A stretch of 64,000 nt of DNA, from the NCBI GenBank assembly GCA_938085445.1, contig CALKGR010000001.1:32001-96000 (forward strand), read 5' to 3'. Shown here in pieces: positions 19,428-30,139 of this stretch; the stretch's first letter is position 1, and the number at the start of each line of letters is the position of its first letter. The notes beneath the pieces were generated by a model. The model saw nothing but the letters and a program-made list of their open reading frames with translations. It did not search any database and was not told the DNA's origin. Source of the DNA: an uncultured Rubripirellula sp. Lineage in GTDB: Bacteria; Planctomycetota; Planctomycetia; Pirellulales; Pirellulaceae. The position numbers were made by a program, and so were the translations under genes.

Positions 19428-21578
19428 TCAAAATTTCCTCGTTACAGAGATACGCCGGCGTTCTGCATCTACTTCAAGGACCTTGACCTTAACCAGATCG
19501 CCAACAGCAACAATCTCGTTCGGGTCCTTCACAAACGAATTCGAAAGCTGCGAAATATGAATGAGAGCATCCTGATGAACACCAATGTCAACAAATGCTC
19601 CGAAATGCGTAACGTTGGTAATGACGCCTTCCATAACTAATCCTGACTTCAAATCACCGATGCTATTAATTGCATCATCAAACCGCACCACTTTGAATTC
19701 GCGACGTGGGTCGCGTCCTGGTTTTTCCAACTCAGATATGATGTCCATCACTGTGGGTAGCCCAAAACGATCATCGACATAGTCAGAGGGGTTCAGCTTA
19801 TGGCTCAGTCCAGCATCACCCACCAATGTTTGTGGATCTGTCCCCAGTTGCTCTGCCATGTGGCCCACCAAGGTATAACTCTCAGGATGCACCGCAGAGT
19901 TATCGAGCGTCTCTTCCCCGCCGCGAATGCGAAGAAAACCAGCAGCCTGCTCAAACGCCTTCCTACCAAGCTTTGCAACATTCAATAGTTCATTTCGGTT
20001 TTCAAATCGACCGTTTTGATCCCTGAATGCTACTATATTTTCTGCCAACTTCGGGCCAATGCCTGCCACATGCGAAAGTAACGATACGCTTGCCATGTTC
20101 AGATCCACCCCCACAGCATTCACGCAGGACTCAACGGTACGTTCCAAACATTTACGAAGTCGTGTCTGGTTGACATCGTGTTGATACTGTCCCACACCAA
20201 TGGATTTGGGATCAGTCTTAACCAGTTCTGCCAGCGGATCCTGCAATCGGCGGGCAATGCTAATTGCACCACGAACCGTAATATCAAGATCAGGGAACTC
20301 TTTGATCGCGATTTCGCTGGCAGAATAAATCGACGCACCAGCTTCACTGACCATCACTTTGATCACCTTTAAGTCCTGTTCCTTCAACAGGGTTCCAATG
20401 AAAACATCCGTTTCTCTAGAAGCAGTACCGTTACCAATCGCAATCAATTCAACATTGTATTGATCGATGAACTCCACCACACGCTTTGCCGCTGAGTCAT
20501 AATCGTTTTGGGGCGGTGTCGGGTAGATGGTACTTGTCGCTAAAAACTTGCCGGTCTCATCGACAACGGCCAGCTTGCACCCCGTTCGGAAACCGGGATC
20601 AATGCCTAAGGTGACACGAGGCCCCGCAGGTGATGCCATCAGTAGCTCATGCAGATTTTTTCCAAACACTTCAATCGCACCTGTATCAGCTTGCTCCTTC
20701 AGATTCTGCAACACAGCGGACTGCGTGGCGGGTTGGAGCAAACGCTGATAGCAATCACCAATTGCCGCCACCAACTCACGGTGAAATTCAAACCGTCGAT
20801 CACGGAGAAACTGCGATTTCATCCGTGCCAGTGCCCTCCCAACATCCATCGCTATTCCGATACGTAGCAAACCCTCAGCTTCGCCTCTCAACATTGCCAA
20901 CAGCCGATGCGAGGGAATTTTCCCAACAGCTTCCCGATGATCAAAATAGAGTTCGAATTTCTTGGCCTCTTCTTTCTTCCCCCGTTTCACAGACGAAGTC
21001 ACTTTGCCACTCGCCACAGCATCGTCGAGCATCCAACTTCTCAACGTTGTATCCTCTGACCATTGCTCGGCCACGATCGCGAGCGCGCCTTGCAACGCTG
21101 CATCCCGGTCATTGATTTCCACTGCCGGATTCACAAACTTATCAAGTGTCGCATTTCGCGAGGTCTCAAGCGGCTCTTGAAGAATCAGTAGATCAGCGAG
21201 AGGTTGCAGGCCCCGTTCACGTGCAATCGCGGCCTTGGTGCGACGTTTGGGCTTGAAAGGCAAGTAAATCATTTCGAGCTGACGCAAGTCGCCACAAATT
21301 TCAATCGCGGTACGTACTTCATCAGACATCAAACCTTGGCTTTGAATGCTCTTGATAACGGTTACTTTACGAGCAGCCAAAGCTGTCGCTCTTTCAACTG
21401 CATCCTCGATTGCCCGTAGTGCAATCTCATCCAGTCCCTGTGTCACTTCCTTACGGTATCTGGCAATGAAGGGTATCGTGTTCCCTGCCTCGAGTAACTC
21501 AATCGCTGCTAATACTTGCCTTACCGGCAATTGCAAATCAACCGCAATAGCCCGTGCTTTTTGTTCTGTGTCCTTCAT
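19428..21578 (-). CDS. tex: Tex family RNA-binding transcriptional accessory protein
   Basis: GNTIPFIARYRKE, GIDPGFRTGCK, IGNGTASRE, SEAGASIYSAS, IGVGQYQHD, C-terminal S1 domain (FGAFVDIG). Alternative GTG start at 21599. Confidence 0.93.
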   Translation of the reverse strand: MKDTEQKARAIAVDLQLPVRQVLAAIELLEAGNTIPFIARYRKEVTQGLDEIALRAIEDAVERATALAARKVTVIKSIQSQGLMSDEVRTAIEICGDLRQLEMIYLPFKPKRRTKAAIARERGLQPLADLLILQEPLETSRNATLDKFVNPAVEINDRDAALQGALAIVAEQWSEDTTLRSWMLDDAVASGKVTSSVKRGKKEEAKKFELYFDHREAVGKIPSHRLLAMLRGEAEGLLRIGIAMDVGRALARMKSQFLRDRRFEFHRELVAAIGDCYQRLLQPATQSAVLQNLKEQADTGAIEVFGKNLHELLMASPAGPRVTLGIDPGFRTGCKLAVVDETGKFLATSTIYPTPPQNDYDSAAKRVVEFIDQYNVELIAIGNGTASRETDVFIGTLLKEQDLKVIKVMVSEAGASIYSASEIAIKEFPDLDITVRGAISIARRLQDPLAELVKTDPKSIGVGQYQHDVNQTRLRKCLERTVESCVNAVGVDLNMASVSLLSHVAGIGPKLAENIVAFRDQNGRFENRNELLNVAKLGRKAFEQAAGFLRIRGGEETLDNSAVHPESYTLVGHMAEQLGTDPQTLVGDAGLSHKLNPSDYVDDRFGLPTVMDIISELEKPGRDPRREFKVVRFDDAINSIGDLKSGLVMEGVITNVTHFGAFVDIGVHQDALIHISQLSNSFVKDPNEIVAVGDLVKVKVLEVDAERRRISVTRKF

Positions 21579-21605
21579 CTTGGGCAACCTTAAAACCACT
21601 AATGT

Positions 21606-22160
21606 TCACGAGATTTTTTGCATCGCTTGCTGAAAGAAGTGCCGAACAGCCCGGCCACTAATCGTTTGCTTTTTCACCAACTCGGTCGCCACCATCTCGA
21701 CGGCCAATGCAGTTGCTTCATCATCGAGAAGGTGTTCCGTACGCGCTAACAAACGTCGCTGCAACCGTTCGTGCTGTTTGTCACTACCAACACGCCGGCA
21801 CAGCAATGTCCGAATCGAACGCAAGTCGTCTGCTGCACCAACTTCACAATAGCGACCAGTGAAATGAGCCTCCGCAACCATCCCTGCAAACAGGATCACA
21901 ATTTCGTCATCCATTAGATTCTTGGCGTTTGCAGAACGCCCCTTCTGGAGCTCACACACCCCAAGCCTGTACTGCCCCAGCCATGAGCGTCCTGGGACAA
22001 TGGTGACTTTTTTGATCAGACACCCAAACGACACAGCCGTCACCGCGTGTCCGGCTTCGTGATAAGCCGTTGCGATAACCTGCGAATCAGCGGCAGTCAC
22101 CATCTTTCCTCCATCACATCCGGCTTGATCGTTCAACTTTTTTTCAGCAGGCTTTGTCAT
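21606..22160 (-). CDS. Stand-alone peptidase M41 (FtsH protease-like) domain protein
   Basis: ATAYHEAGHAV (HExxH), KVTIVP, AGMVAE, GAADDL; no AAA domain or TM segment. Confidence 0.78.
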   Translation of the reverse strand: MTKPAEKKLNDQAGCDGGKMVTAADSQVIATAYHEAGHAVTAVSFGCLIKKVTIVPGRSWLGQYRLGVCELQKGRSANAKNLMDDEIVILFAGMVAEAHFTGRYCEVGAADDLRSIRTLLCRRVGSDKQHERLQRRLLARTEHLLDDEATALAVEMVATELVKKQTISGRAVRHFFQQAMQKIS

Positions 22161-22225
22161 AAGCGATTTATATAGCGATCGAGAACTGCAACTCGCCCTC
22201 TCCAGTTCAACGCAGCCAAATTTAC

Positions 22226-23398
22226 TCAATCGGCTTGAGTGAAGGGATCACTGAATTTCGGATCCGTGATAAAGGTCTGATCTGTCAGAGTTCCAAGAAA
22301 CGCCGCCAAGGCGACCTTCTCCACCTCGGGCAATGCCAAGCCATTCGCAGCAAAGTCCTCCAGACGCTGGTCCAAGTTACGATGTGGCTTGACACTCCAA
22401 TTGTAGTGTTCAATTACCTGATCCAAAGTCCGAAAACGGCCATCATGCATGTAGGGTGCAGTCAGTGCCACGTTACGCAACGACGTCGATTTGAAGCGCC
22501 CCCACTCATCCTCTTTCGAGGTATACGCCCCGACTCCCCCATCCACTTGATCAGAATCGCTGTCAATTCCATTCACCAGTGGACCTTCTAGTTGAAAGAA
22601 CGCCGACTGTCGAGCGGCAACACTCTTGCCCTCTGTCTCGGGCAGATGGCACTCCGAACATTTTGCACGCCCAAAGAACTGCTGCTTTCCATAGTTTTCC
22701 TGTTCAGAAAAATTCGGAAACGGATCCAACACCGAAGCCACCTCAATACGCCCCTGATCAAAACGTGAGTTAACCGAAATCATTGATCGGAGGAATTGCG
22801 CCAAAGCGAGTGACAACCTCTCTTTGGTCACCTCTGACGTTCCAAATGCATCGTGAAAGAGCGGAGGGTAAATCGGGTCATTTTGCAACTGTGAGACCAA
22901 AGCGGTCAGTTCATGTCCCATTTCGATTGGATTTTCGATTGGCATAAGCACCTGATCTTCGAGAGACTCTGCCCGCTCATCCCAAAAGAATTTACCGGGA
23001 CGATAGTACCGAAGGTTCACTAAACTCATTGAATTTCGATCAACAAATTTTCCCTCAAATCCTTTACTAAACCGTCGTGCGTCAGTGAACGCAGTCTTTT
23101 GACTGTGACAAGACGAACACGACGTGGATCCGTTGGCTGACAAATTTGGATCGTAAAACAGAACACGACCCAAAGTAGCCCCCTCGTCCGTGATGGGATT
23201 TGATTCTGGCGTATTATCAAAAAGTTCAGCCACCTTCTTGACATGTCTCGGAAGAAGCTGGTCCGCGTAGCGATATGGCGTGACTGGAAGAGTCAACTGA
23301 CGCTTTGAGCCACCAGCGACAGAAGGTAAATCGGAAATCTGGCCAAATGCCGAAGTAACGAACAGACAAAGAACAATCGTGGTGGCTGGAATTTGCAT
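22226..23398 (-). CDS. Di-heme cytochrome c peroxidase/MauG family protein
   Basis: Signal peptide, LGRVLFYDPNLS, CSSCH and CSECH heme motifs, FFWDER, LRNVALTAPYMHDG. Confidence 0.9.
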   Translation of the reverse strand: MQIPATTIVLCLFVTSAFGQISDLPSVAGGSKRQLTLPVTPYRYADQLLPRHVKKVAELFDNTPESNPITDEGATLGRVLFYDPNLSANGSTSCSSCHSQKTAFTDARRFSKGFEGKFVDRNSMSLVNLRYYRPGKFFWDERAESLEDQVLMPIENPIEMGHELTALVSQLQNDPIYPPLFHDAFGTSEVTKERLSLALAQFLRSMISVNSRFDQGRIEVASVLDPFPNFSEQENYGKQQFFGRAKCSECHLPETEGKSVAARQSAFFQLEGPLVNGIDSDSDQVDGGVGAYTSKEDEWGRFKSTSLRNVALTAPYMHDGRFRTLDQVIEHYNWSVKPHRNLDQRLEDFAANGLALPEVEKVALAAFLGTLTDQTFITDPKFSDPFTQAD

Positions 23399-23507
23399 AA
23401 GGCAAAGGATAACTTGGGTTGTTGGACTTGTCGAAACCAAGGCCATGAATTCATCAAATGTGCAACACAATCACTTTGACTGCTCGCAGCGAGGACCGTT
23501 ATCACCG

Positions 23508-24320
23508 ATGCTGATTAACCGAATTTTGCTACTAGTTACTTGCTGTTTTTTCACATTTGAAACCGCCCGCGCACAATCGGTCGAAGTTCCGCAGGATCCC
23601 ACTAAGTTTCATCTTTTTCTGCTGGCTGGCCAATCAAACATGGCAGGGCGAGGAAAAGTTTCCGAAAGCGATCGAAAGGTGGATCCCCATGTGCTGACAC
23701 TCAACAAAAAGGGACAGTGGGTCGCTGCCATTGATCCAATTCATTTTGATAAACCTGGCATTGCAGGCGTCGGGCTCGGCAAAACCTTCGCCAAAACCTA
23801 TGCAGCTTCTCACCCCAGAATCACTGTAGGTCTAATTCCATGTGCAGTCGGTGGGTCTCCCATTTCGTCATGGGAACCGGGGGGTTACCACTCTTCAACC
23901 AAAACGCATCCTTACGATACCGCCATTGCGAGAACACAACTTGCTATGAAGCAAGGTACTCTTAAGGGAGTTCTATGGCATCAAGGCGAATCAGATTGCA
24001 AGGCTGAATTGTCGGTTGTGTACAAGAAGAAGCTTCATCGCCTAATCGAACGGTTCCGCACGAATTTTAACGACGAAAAACTACCATTCATTGCAGGCCA
24101 AATGGGGCAATTCGAAGAAAGGCCATGGAACACAGATAAGAAACGCGTCAACTCGATTCACCAAACACTGCCGTCGCAGGTCAGCCTTACCGGGTTCGTA
24201 AAGTCGGACGGGCTAACACACAAGGGCGATAAGATTCACTTCAACAGCGAGTCCTATCGAGAGTTGGGGCGGAGATATCACGCCACCTTTGAGGCTGTCG
24301 GTGCAACGGTCCGGAACTGA
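23508..24320 (+). CDS. Sialate O-acetylesterase / CE6-like SGNH carbohydrate esterase
   Basis: Signal peptide, AGQSNMAG, CAVGG, WHQGESD, DKIHF. Confidence 0.9.
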   Translation: MLINRILLLVTCCFFTFETARAQSVEVPQDPTKFHLFLLAGQSNMAGRGKVSESDRKVDPHVLTLNKKGQWVAAIDPIHFDKPGIAGVGLGKTFAKTYAASHPRITVGLIPCAVGGSPISSWEPGGYHSSTKTHPYDTAIARTQLAMKQGTLKGVLWHQGESDCKAELSVVYKKKLHRLIERFRTNFNDEKLPFIAGQMGQFEERPWNTDKKRVNSIHQTLPSQVSLTGFVKSDGLTHKGDKIHFNSESYRELGRRYHATFEAVGATVRN

Positions 24321-24338
24321 ATCTTCAGCAGAAGAAAG

Positions 24339-25220
24339 CTACAGCAAAATTTCGAACAAGAACTTCAGCGTAACTGCATCATCAGTTCCGATCGTCACTG
24401 GCTGACCTACGTTCCGTTGAATCGTTGGCAGATCAGTGAAATAGGTCATGCCGATGGTTGCACCAACCTGAATTTCACGAAATTCGCGACGAGTCGTGAA
24501 GTTGGTTTCGATCGTGCTTATGTTCTTAGTCATTTCCTGATCTGCCACAGGCCCATTGAGTCCGGCCTCTGAACCATAACTGGCGTTCATATCATAGTAT
24601 CCAAAAAGTAGATCTATGTTCGTGGCATGACCGCAGAAACAGCCATCCCAGCCAACGAATCCCTTTCCGCCACGCAAGTCGGAATCGAGCTTTTCTCTCA
24701 GCAAGTCAGCGCCACCTGCCGTTGAATTGAATGTCTGATCAAATCCGATGTAACTGAAGGCACATCCTGCCGATAAGCCACCAAATCGAGTGATCCATGT
24801 ATCTCGCAGTAGCAAGTCAAAACCGTAGTTATCTACGTTGCTTCTAAGCCGGGTTGCTCCTGGCGGAATTGCAGTGAGGGAACCATCGGACGGGTTGAGG
24901 AAGCTCAGGTTGCTGTCGCCACCGTTCGCTGTCGATTCGGCGGTTGCATAGAAAGCACGGCCCTCGAAGCTTGTGCGAGTTCCGAGAAAACGTCTGACCA
25001 TCTTCAAGTCACCGTGGTAACCAAGAGCGTCCATGCTGTCGCTCAGTGCGGGAGCACCACCAGCATCTTCCCCAAGCGAATAGGCTGGCAGAAACGCACC
25101 CCACAAGCCTTGCCCAGTGGACAGTTCAAATGGGCTATTGGAAATCGTGCTCTGACCCCAAACCGTGCTGGTTCCGATCAGGCAGAAAACGAACGTAAGG
25201 CTGAAAGCTACTCGGCTCAT
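24339..25220 (-). CDS. Secreted hypothetical protein, probable outer-membrane beta-barrel
   Basis: Signal peptide MSRVAFSL...VWG, Gly/aromatic-rich alternating strands, C-terminal LKFLFEILL. Confidence 0.55.
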   Translation of the reverse strand: MSRVAFSLTFVFCLIGTSTVWGQSTISNSPFELSTGQGLWGAFLPAYSLGEDAGGAPALSDSMDALGYHGDLKMVRRFLGTRTSFEGRAFYATAESTANGGDSNLSFLNPSDGSLTAIPPGATRLRSNVDNYGFDLLLRDTWITRFGGLSAGCAFSYIGFDQTFNSTAGGADLLREKLDSDLRGGKGFVGWDGCFCGHATNIDLLFGYYDMNASYGSEAGLNGPVADQEMTKNISTIETNFTTRREFREIQVGATIGMTYFTDLPTIQRNVGQPVTIGTDDAVTLKFLFEILL

Positions 25221-25546
25221 CCCGAAACACCACTGGTCTACAGACGCGAAACACAGTTTCTTTATCGTTCTACCTATCGTAGATTTTCCTACTAAATCAG
25301 AAGTGTTGCGTAAGAAATTGGAGAATCGCGGTGATACGGCGCACAATTGATGCCGCTTACGCAACACGAGCAAACCAGGCAAGATGGAGCGAATTGTACA
25401 GTCGAGACAAATAGGTGATTTTTTGGGCCAATTGTTCGTCCAAATTTCTAACTTTAGTAGGATTTCACCTAAAGTTTCCACGTATACGCTAGCAATTATG
25501 CTGCAGCACCGATTTTGTTTCGTGCCACGATGCTGGTGGCCGCGGA

Positions 25547-26278
25547 TTAGTCGAACTGGATAACTTGCTGCCTCCCCGCAGCAGCATCAAAGGGCGAGAC
25601 ACACTTCTCCCCCTCGTTAAGAGGACTATTTACGTGTCGTGAAACGGCCATCAATTTCAGAAGATACTGCCCTGCAGGCCGCAGTAGCATTTTCAATTTG
25701 GAGACATCCTTGCACTGAGGGTTAAGCCACCTAGGACAATCACTTTCACTTAAAAAGGCGGGCATGCGCTGATGAACGTGAGCAGTCGTGGAATTGGCAG
25801 GCGTTGTAATGATGGTGCAAGAACGGAGCGCTTCCTCACCACCCAACTGCTGATTTTCTTCCCACAAGCCCGCCATGAACTTCACTTGCCGATCGACGGG
25901 CTCGATCAGGTAGGGTTGCTTACTTTGTCCGCCACCTGCGTTGGTCCATTCGTAATATCCATCCATTGGGATCACGCACCGTCGACTCGCTAATGCATGC
26001 ATGAAGCTTGGCTTGGAGTCCAATGTCTCGCTGCGAGCATTGATCATTCTTGCACCGATGGCAACGTCTTTCGCCCAAGAGGGTATCAAACCCCACCGGT
26101 AATTAGCTGCCTTTAAATGGTCCCTATGCGAATCATGATGGACACATAAAACATTTTGTGTTGGTGCGATGTTGAATCGAGCCGGTCCCACTGCAAATTC
26201 ATTGCCCCGCTCCATATTTTCGAAGAAAAGCTGCCCCAAATCAATTACAGGGGCTCGCAGCGTAAACCGTCCACACAA
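25547..26278 (-). CDS. SOS response-associated peptidase (SRAP/HMCES/YedK family)
   Basis: N-terminal MCGRF (TTG start), RFNIAPTQ, WGLIPSW, INARSET, DGYYEW, HQRMP. Confidence 0.93.
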   Translation of the reverse strand: MCGRFTLRAPVIDLGQLFFENMERGNEFAVGPARFNIAPTQNVLCVHHDSHRDHLKAANYRWGLIPSWAKDVAIGARMINARSETLDSKPSFMHALASRRCVIPMDGYYEWTNAGGGQSKQPYLIEPVDRQVKFMAGLWEENQQLGGEEALRSCTIITTPANSTTAHVHQRMPAFLSESDCPRWLNPQCKDVSKLKMLLRPAGQYLLKLMAVSRHVNSPLNEGEKCVSPFDAAAGRQQVIQFD

Positions 26279-26746
26279 AATAAAAACCTCCGAAATCTGA
26301 CCACTTCAGACTGTCGCAATTTGCGTCACGCCGATGTGGCAGAATCATACACCCTTGCCAACCTAATTCCCAAATCCCGGCTTTCTGTGGCAAAGATATC
26401 AGTAACGAACATTGCTTCTGCTGCCACTAGGCAGGAGTCTGACGTCAAAGTACCGAAATGCCTGAAAGATGAGCGAAAGATCGCCGAAAACAACGTAAAT
26501 AGCGGAGCGGCACCGCCTCCAGTGCCGCCCCGCAGAAAGGTAATCAAGGCCTCCATGGGGAACAGAGGTCAAGTTCACCTAGTGTTCCTCGATGCAAAGC
26601 GAGTGCCAGTTACATTGATTTTGATGATCTTTGCCCGCCAAAGCATCCCCAATCGAACTCTATTTCCATGTGGTGGTACGAAGCTCGTAGCACAGTGGTT
26701 AAGCTTGCATCCTTGGTTTTGCCCTTTGTCATGAAATGATTGAGCA

Positions 26747-28366
26747 TTGAATTTCCCACTTCTCCTTCGCTTGTTGGGCACGATTTGCCTGTTGATTGGT
26801 GGGTCGATGCTCGCGAGTCTGCCATTCGCTGTCCCCCTCTTTGCGAATCGAACGGACTTGGAGTCTGCTACGTCATTTGAGACGCGAGGCGCGATCGCAC
26901 TGATCGAGAGTTTCCTTATCTGCATGGTGACCGGAAGTGTGCTGCGCTGGATCGGAAGGCGACACCACGGTGGGCCGTTCTATCAAAAAGAGGCCATGGC
27001 GATTGTGGGACTCAGTTGGGTGATGGCCACTGTCCTGGGTGCCCTTCCCTATTATCTCAGTGGGACATGCACAAGTGTCGATCAACCCATCACGTTTATC
27101 GAAGCGATGTTTGAATCGCAGTCGGGTTTCAGCACCACAGGTGCAACAGTATTGACGGATGTGGAGTCAACGGCACTGGTTCCCAATTGCATTTTGTTTT
27201 GGCGTTCATGGACGCACTTCCTGGGTGGGTTGGGGATCGTCGTTTTGTTCGTTGCGATCCTCGGACAGGGCTCAGCTGGGAAGGCAATGATGCGCGCTGA
27301 AATGCCCGGCCCAACCAAGGACGGCAGCCTTCCACGCATGCAAAACACCGCGTTGGTGTTTGCCTCCATCTACGCCACCTTCAACATTTTGCTGACGCTC
27401 ATTTACAAGCTTGAGGGCATGACAATGTTCGATGCCCTGTGCCACGCGTTTGGAACAATGGCCACGGGAGGATTTAGCACTTACAACTCAAGCCTTGGAC
27501 AATTCAATAGTCCTCTGATTGAGTACACCACGATCATATTCATGATTCTGGCGGGAACGAATTTCACCTTGCTTTATCTCGTCCTTCTCCGACGCGCAGG
27601 CAAAATCTTTCAAGATGTCGAATTCAGGACCTATTTGGGAATCATTCTAGTTGTAACCTCGGCTGTTATTTTCTTCGGCATGCGAGCTCGTGACAGTGGC
27701 TTTGACTCCTTTGGTAACTCAGCACGTTACGGCCTATTCCAAGTGGTTTCGATACTCACGACAACCGGATACGGAACCGCTGATTTCAATGGTTGGAACA
27801 ACTTTGGTCGAGGTATTCTGCTGCTGCTCATGTTTGTCGGCGGATGCGCTGGCAGCACAGGTGGTGGAATGAAGGTGATTCGGCATATTCTGTTTTATAA
27901 AATCCTGCGATTGGAAATAGAAAAGGCTCACCGCCCCAGAGTTGTGCGTTTGATCCGAATCAGTGGATCATCGATCGATGACCCAGCATTGCCCCACAGT
28001 ATTGTCGTCTACTTTGCAATGATATTGGCGATCTTCGTCTTCTCATGGCTACTACTGATAACGTTCGAACCCAACGAAACATGGTCAGCAAGAGATTCGG
28101 TTCCAGTTGCCAATTCAGAGCTGGCCGAAACTGCAACGGAAACACAGCTGTTGAAGGAAAATGAAGAGCTGCTGGATGCCGCCAGTGCTGTCGCAGCCAC
28201 CCTGAATAACATTGGCCCAGGCCTAGGTGTCGTTGGCCCAACCAATAATTACGCTCATTTCAGCCAAGGTGCAAAACTGCTGTTTGTGTGGCTGATGATG
28301 CTTGGCAGAGTGGAGATATTCAGCGTTTTGGTGTTATTTTTCCCCACCTTTTGGCGCCGCGTCTAA
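26747..28366 (+). CDS. trkH: Trk potassium uptake membrane protein
   Basis: Four pore motifs [45 protein letters not shown]. Confidence 0.93.
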   Translation: MNFPLLLRLLGTICLLIGGSMLASLPFAVPLFANRTDLESATSFETRGAIALIESFLICMVTGSVLRWIGRRHHGGPFYQKEAMAIVGLSWVMATVLGALPYYLSGTCTSVDQPITFIEAMFESQSGFSTTGATVLTDVESTALVPNCILFWRSWTHFLGGLGIVVLFVAILGQGSAGKAMMRAEMPGPTKDGSLPRMQNTALVFASIYATFNILLTLIYKLEGMTMFDALCHAFGTMATGGFSTYNSSLGQFNSPLIEYTTIIFMILAGTNFTLLYLVLLRRAGKIFQDVEFRTYLGIILVVTSAVIFFGMRARDSGFDSFGNSARYGLFQVVSILTTTGYGTADFNGWNNFGRGILLLLMFVGGCAGSTGGGMKVIRHILFYKILRLEIEKAHRPRVVRLIRISGSSIDDPALPHSIVVYFAMILAIFVFSWLLLITFEPNETWSARDSVPVANSELAETATETQLLKENEELLDAASAVAATLNNIGPGLGVVGPTNNYAHFSQGAKLLFVWLMMLGRVEIFSVLVLFFPTFWRRV

Positions 28367-28597
28367 TGAGGCGTCGAGCCTAGACGAATAGCGTCGGAAA
28401 CGGGACGGTGTAGAATCTGACCAACAAACTGCGGAATTGTCACTTCCGTACGATGCTCGGTGGCTATTTTGGTTAGAACTCACTCGTGGCCGGCTTTCAC
28501 TTGATTTACCTTTAATGCCCACTAACTTACCTGCGTGAACCAACTGCAGATACTTCCTGCCTTGGATCATCAGCAATCGAATCCAGGCACGATACAA

Positions 28598-30097
28598 ATG
28601 CGTCATCCTGCATTAATCTTCATCGCCCTTCTCTTTTCTATCTTGAGCACACCTGCACTCTCGCAAGTGATCAACCGCGGTAAACCAGCTCGAACCGGCA
28701 TCGTGATTCCGCTCCAGGAGGACATCAACCCTCTCAGCGGAGAATTGCTGAAGCAAAAATTTCAGCAGGCAATTGATGCCGGTGCTGATGTGATTGTGCT
28801 CGACATCAACAGCCCGGGTGGCTTCACGTATGTGACATTCGAATTGATGGACATGGTGCTGGATGCCAAGCAGGTTGAAACTGTTGCCTTTATTGAAAAA
28901 GACGCCATCAGTGGTGCCGCTCTTCTCTCCCTCGCCTGTGATCGAATCATCATGCTACCAACTGCACGAATCGGTGATGCTGGCGAGATCGTTATGGGGG
29001 AAGATGGAAGATTTCGTTACACGGAAGCAAAGAGCCGAAGTGTACTAGCACAAAAAGTACGTGACACTGCAGAAGCAAGAGGGAGACCAATCGCGTTAGC
29101 CGAAAAAATGGTTGACAAGGATCTCGTTGTTTTCGCTGCAACCAACAAGAAAACGGGTGAAAAAAAATACATCTCGAACAAAGAATGGGACTCATTCGAC
29201 GATCAAGAAGCATGGGAAAAAGGCGTTCCAGTGCGGGAAGCCGGGAAGGAAATGTTTTTTACGGTCAACGGCAAGCGTGCGGTCGAACTAGGATTCGCTG
29301 ACGAAGTGATTGGAAATCGTGACGAGCTTGCCGCGGCACTCAATGTTCGTGAACCAATGCAGGAAATCAAACGCACGTGGAGTGACACCTTTGTATTCTT
29401 GTTGAATACCGGATTTGCTACTTTTGTGCTCATCGCAATTGGACTCATCGCATTGGTGATTGAATTGAGCGCACCAGGTATCGGTGTGGGCGGCCTGACT
29501 TCCCTGCTTTGCTTCAGTCTTTTTTTCTGGAGTCGTTTTTTGGGTGGAACATCAGGATGGCTGGAAGTTCTGCTGTTCACTATGGGACTCATCTTCATCG
29601 CCATGGAGTTCTTTGTGATCCCTGGATTCGGCTTTGCAGGAATTGGTGGCATTCTGCTGGTACTTGTTTCACTCGTCATGGCTTCATCGCGGGGTTTTTT
29701 CCCAGAGACAAACGAAGAATTCAATGGCCTAGGCACTGATGTGCTCACAGTCATGAGCGCCTTTGCGTGCTTTCTTGTCTCGCTGTTTTTCCTCGCCCGC
29801 TACATCGGTGAAATTCCCGGTTTAAGTCGCCTCACGCTAAAACCGGGGGTCGCTGCCCCAGCCGGAGCCGGCAACTCTCTGTTGTCTGGGAATCAAGCGG
29901 AACAGCTACCTGCGTGGCAGCTAGTCAATGTCGGAGATGTTGGAATAACAGCATCGCCACTACGCCCCAGTGGGAAAATTCAGATTAGAGATATGATGGT
30001 CGATGTGGTCACCGAGGGTGATTTCATTGATACCGACTGCGAGGTGTGCGTGGTCAATACGCAGGGGGCAAAAGTAACCGTCCGCAAACTGTCCTGA
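28598..30097 (+). CDS. Long-form NfeD membrane serine protease
   Basis: ClpP-like N-domain (INSPGG, AISGA), TM core with ELSAPGIG and EFFVIPGFG, C-terminal OB-fold LRPSG...VDVVTEG. Confidence 0.88.
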   Translation: MRHPALIFIALLFSILSTPALSQVINRGKPARTGIVIPLQEDINPLSGELLKQKFQQAIDAGADVIVLDINSPGGFTYVTFELMDMVLDAKQVETVAFIEKDAISGAALLSLACDRIIMLPTARIGDAGEIVMGEDGRFRYTEAKSRSVLAQKVRDTAEARGRPIALAEKMVDKDLVVFAATNKKTGEKKYISNKEWDSFDDQEAWEKGVPVREAGKEMFFTVNGKRAVELGFADEVIGNRDELAAALNVREPMQEIKRTWSDTFVFLLNTGFATFVLIAIGLIALVIELSAPGIGVGGLTSLLCFSLFFWSRFLGGTSGWLEVLLFTMGLIFIAMEFFVIPGFGFAGIGGILLVLVSLVMASSRGFFPETNEEFNGLGTDVLTVMSAFACFLVSLFFLARYIGEIPGLSRLTLKPGVAAPAGAGNSLLSGNQAEQLPAWQLVNVGDVGITASPLRPSGKIQIRDMMVDVVTEGDFIDTDCEVCVVNTQGAKVTVRKLS

Positions 30098-30139
30098 TTT
30101 CAACCTTGCAACACAACAAGCATCGTTCACCCGCAATCT

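Noticed and set aside
26156..26734. 192-aa ORF or riboswitch upstream of trkH
   Set aside because: Not TrkA-like, overlaps the SRAP gene, and only one short hairpin is visible with no riboswitch consensus.
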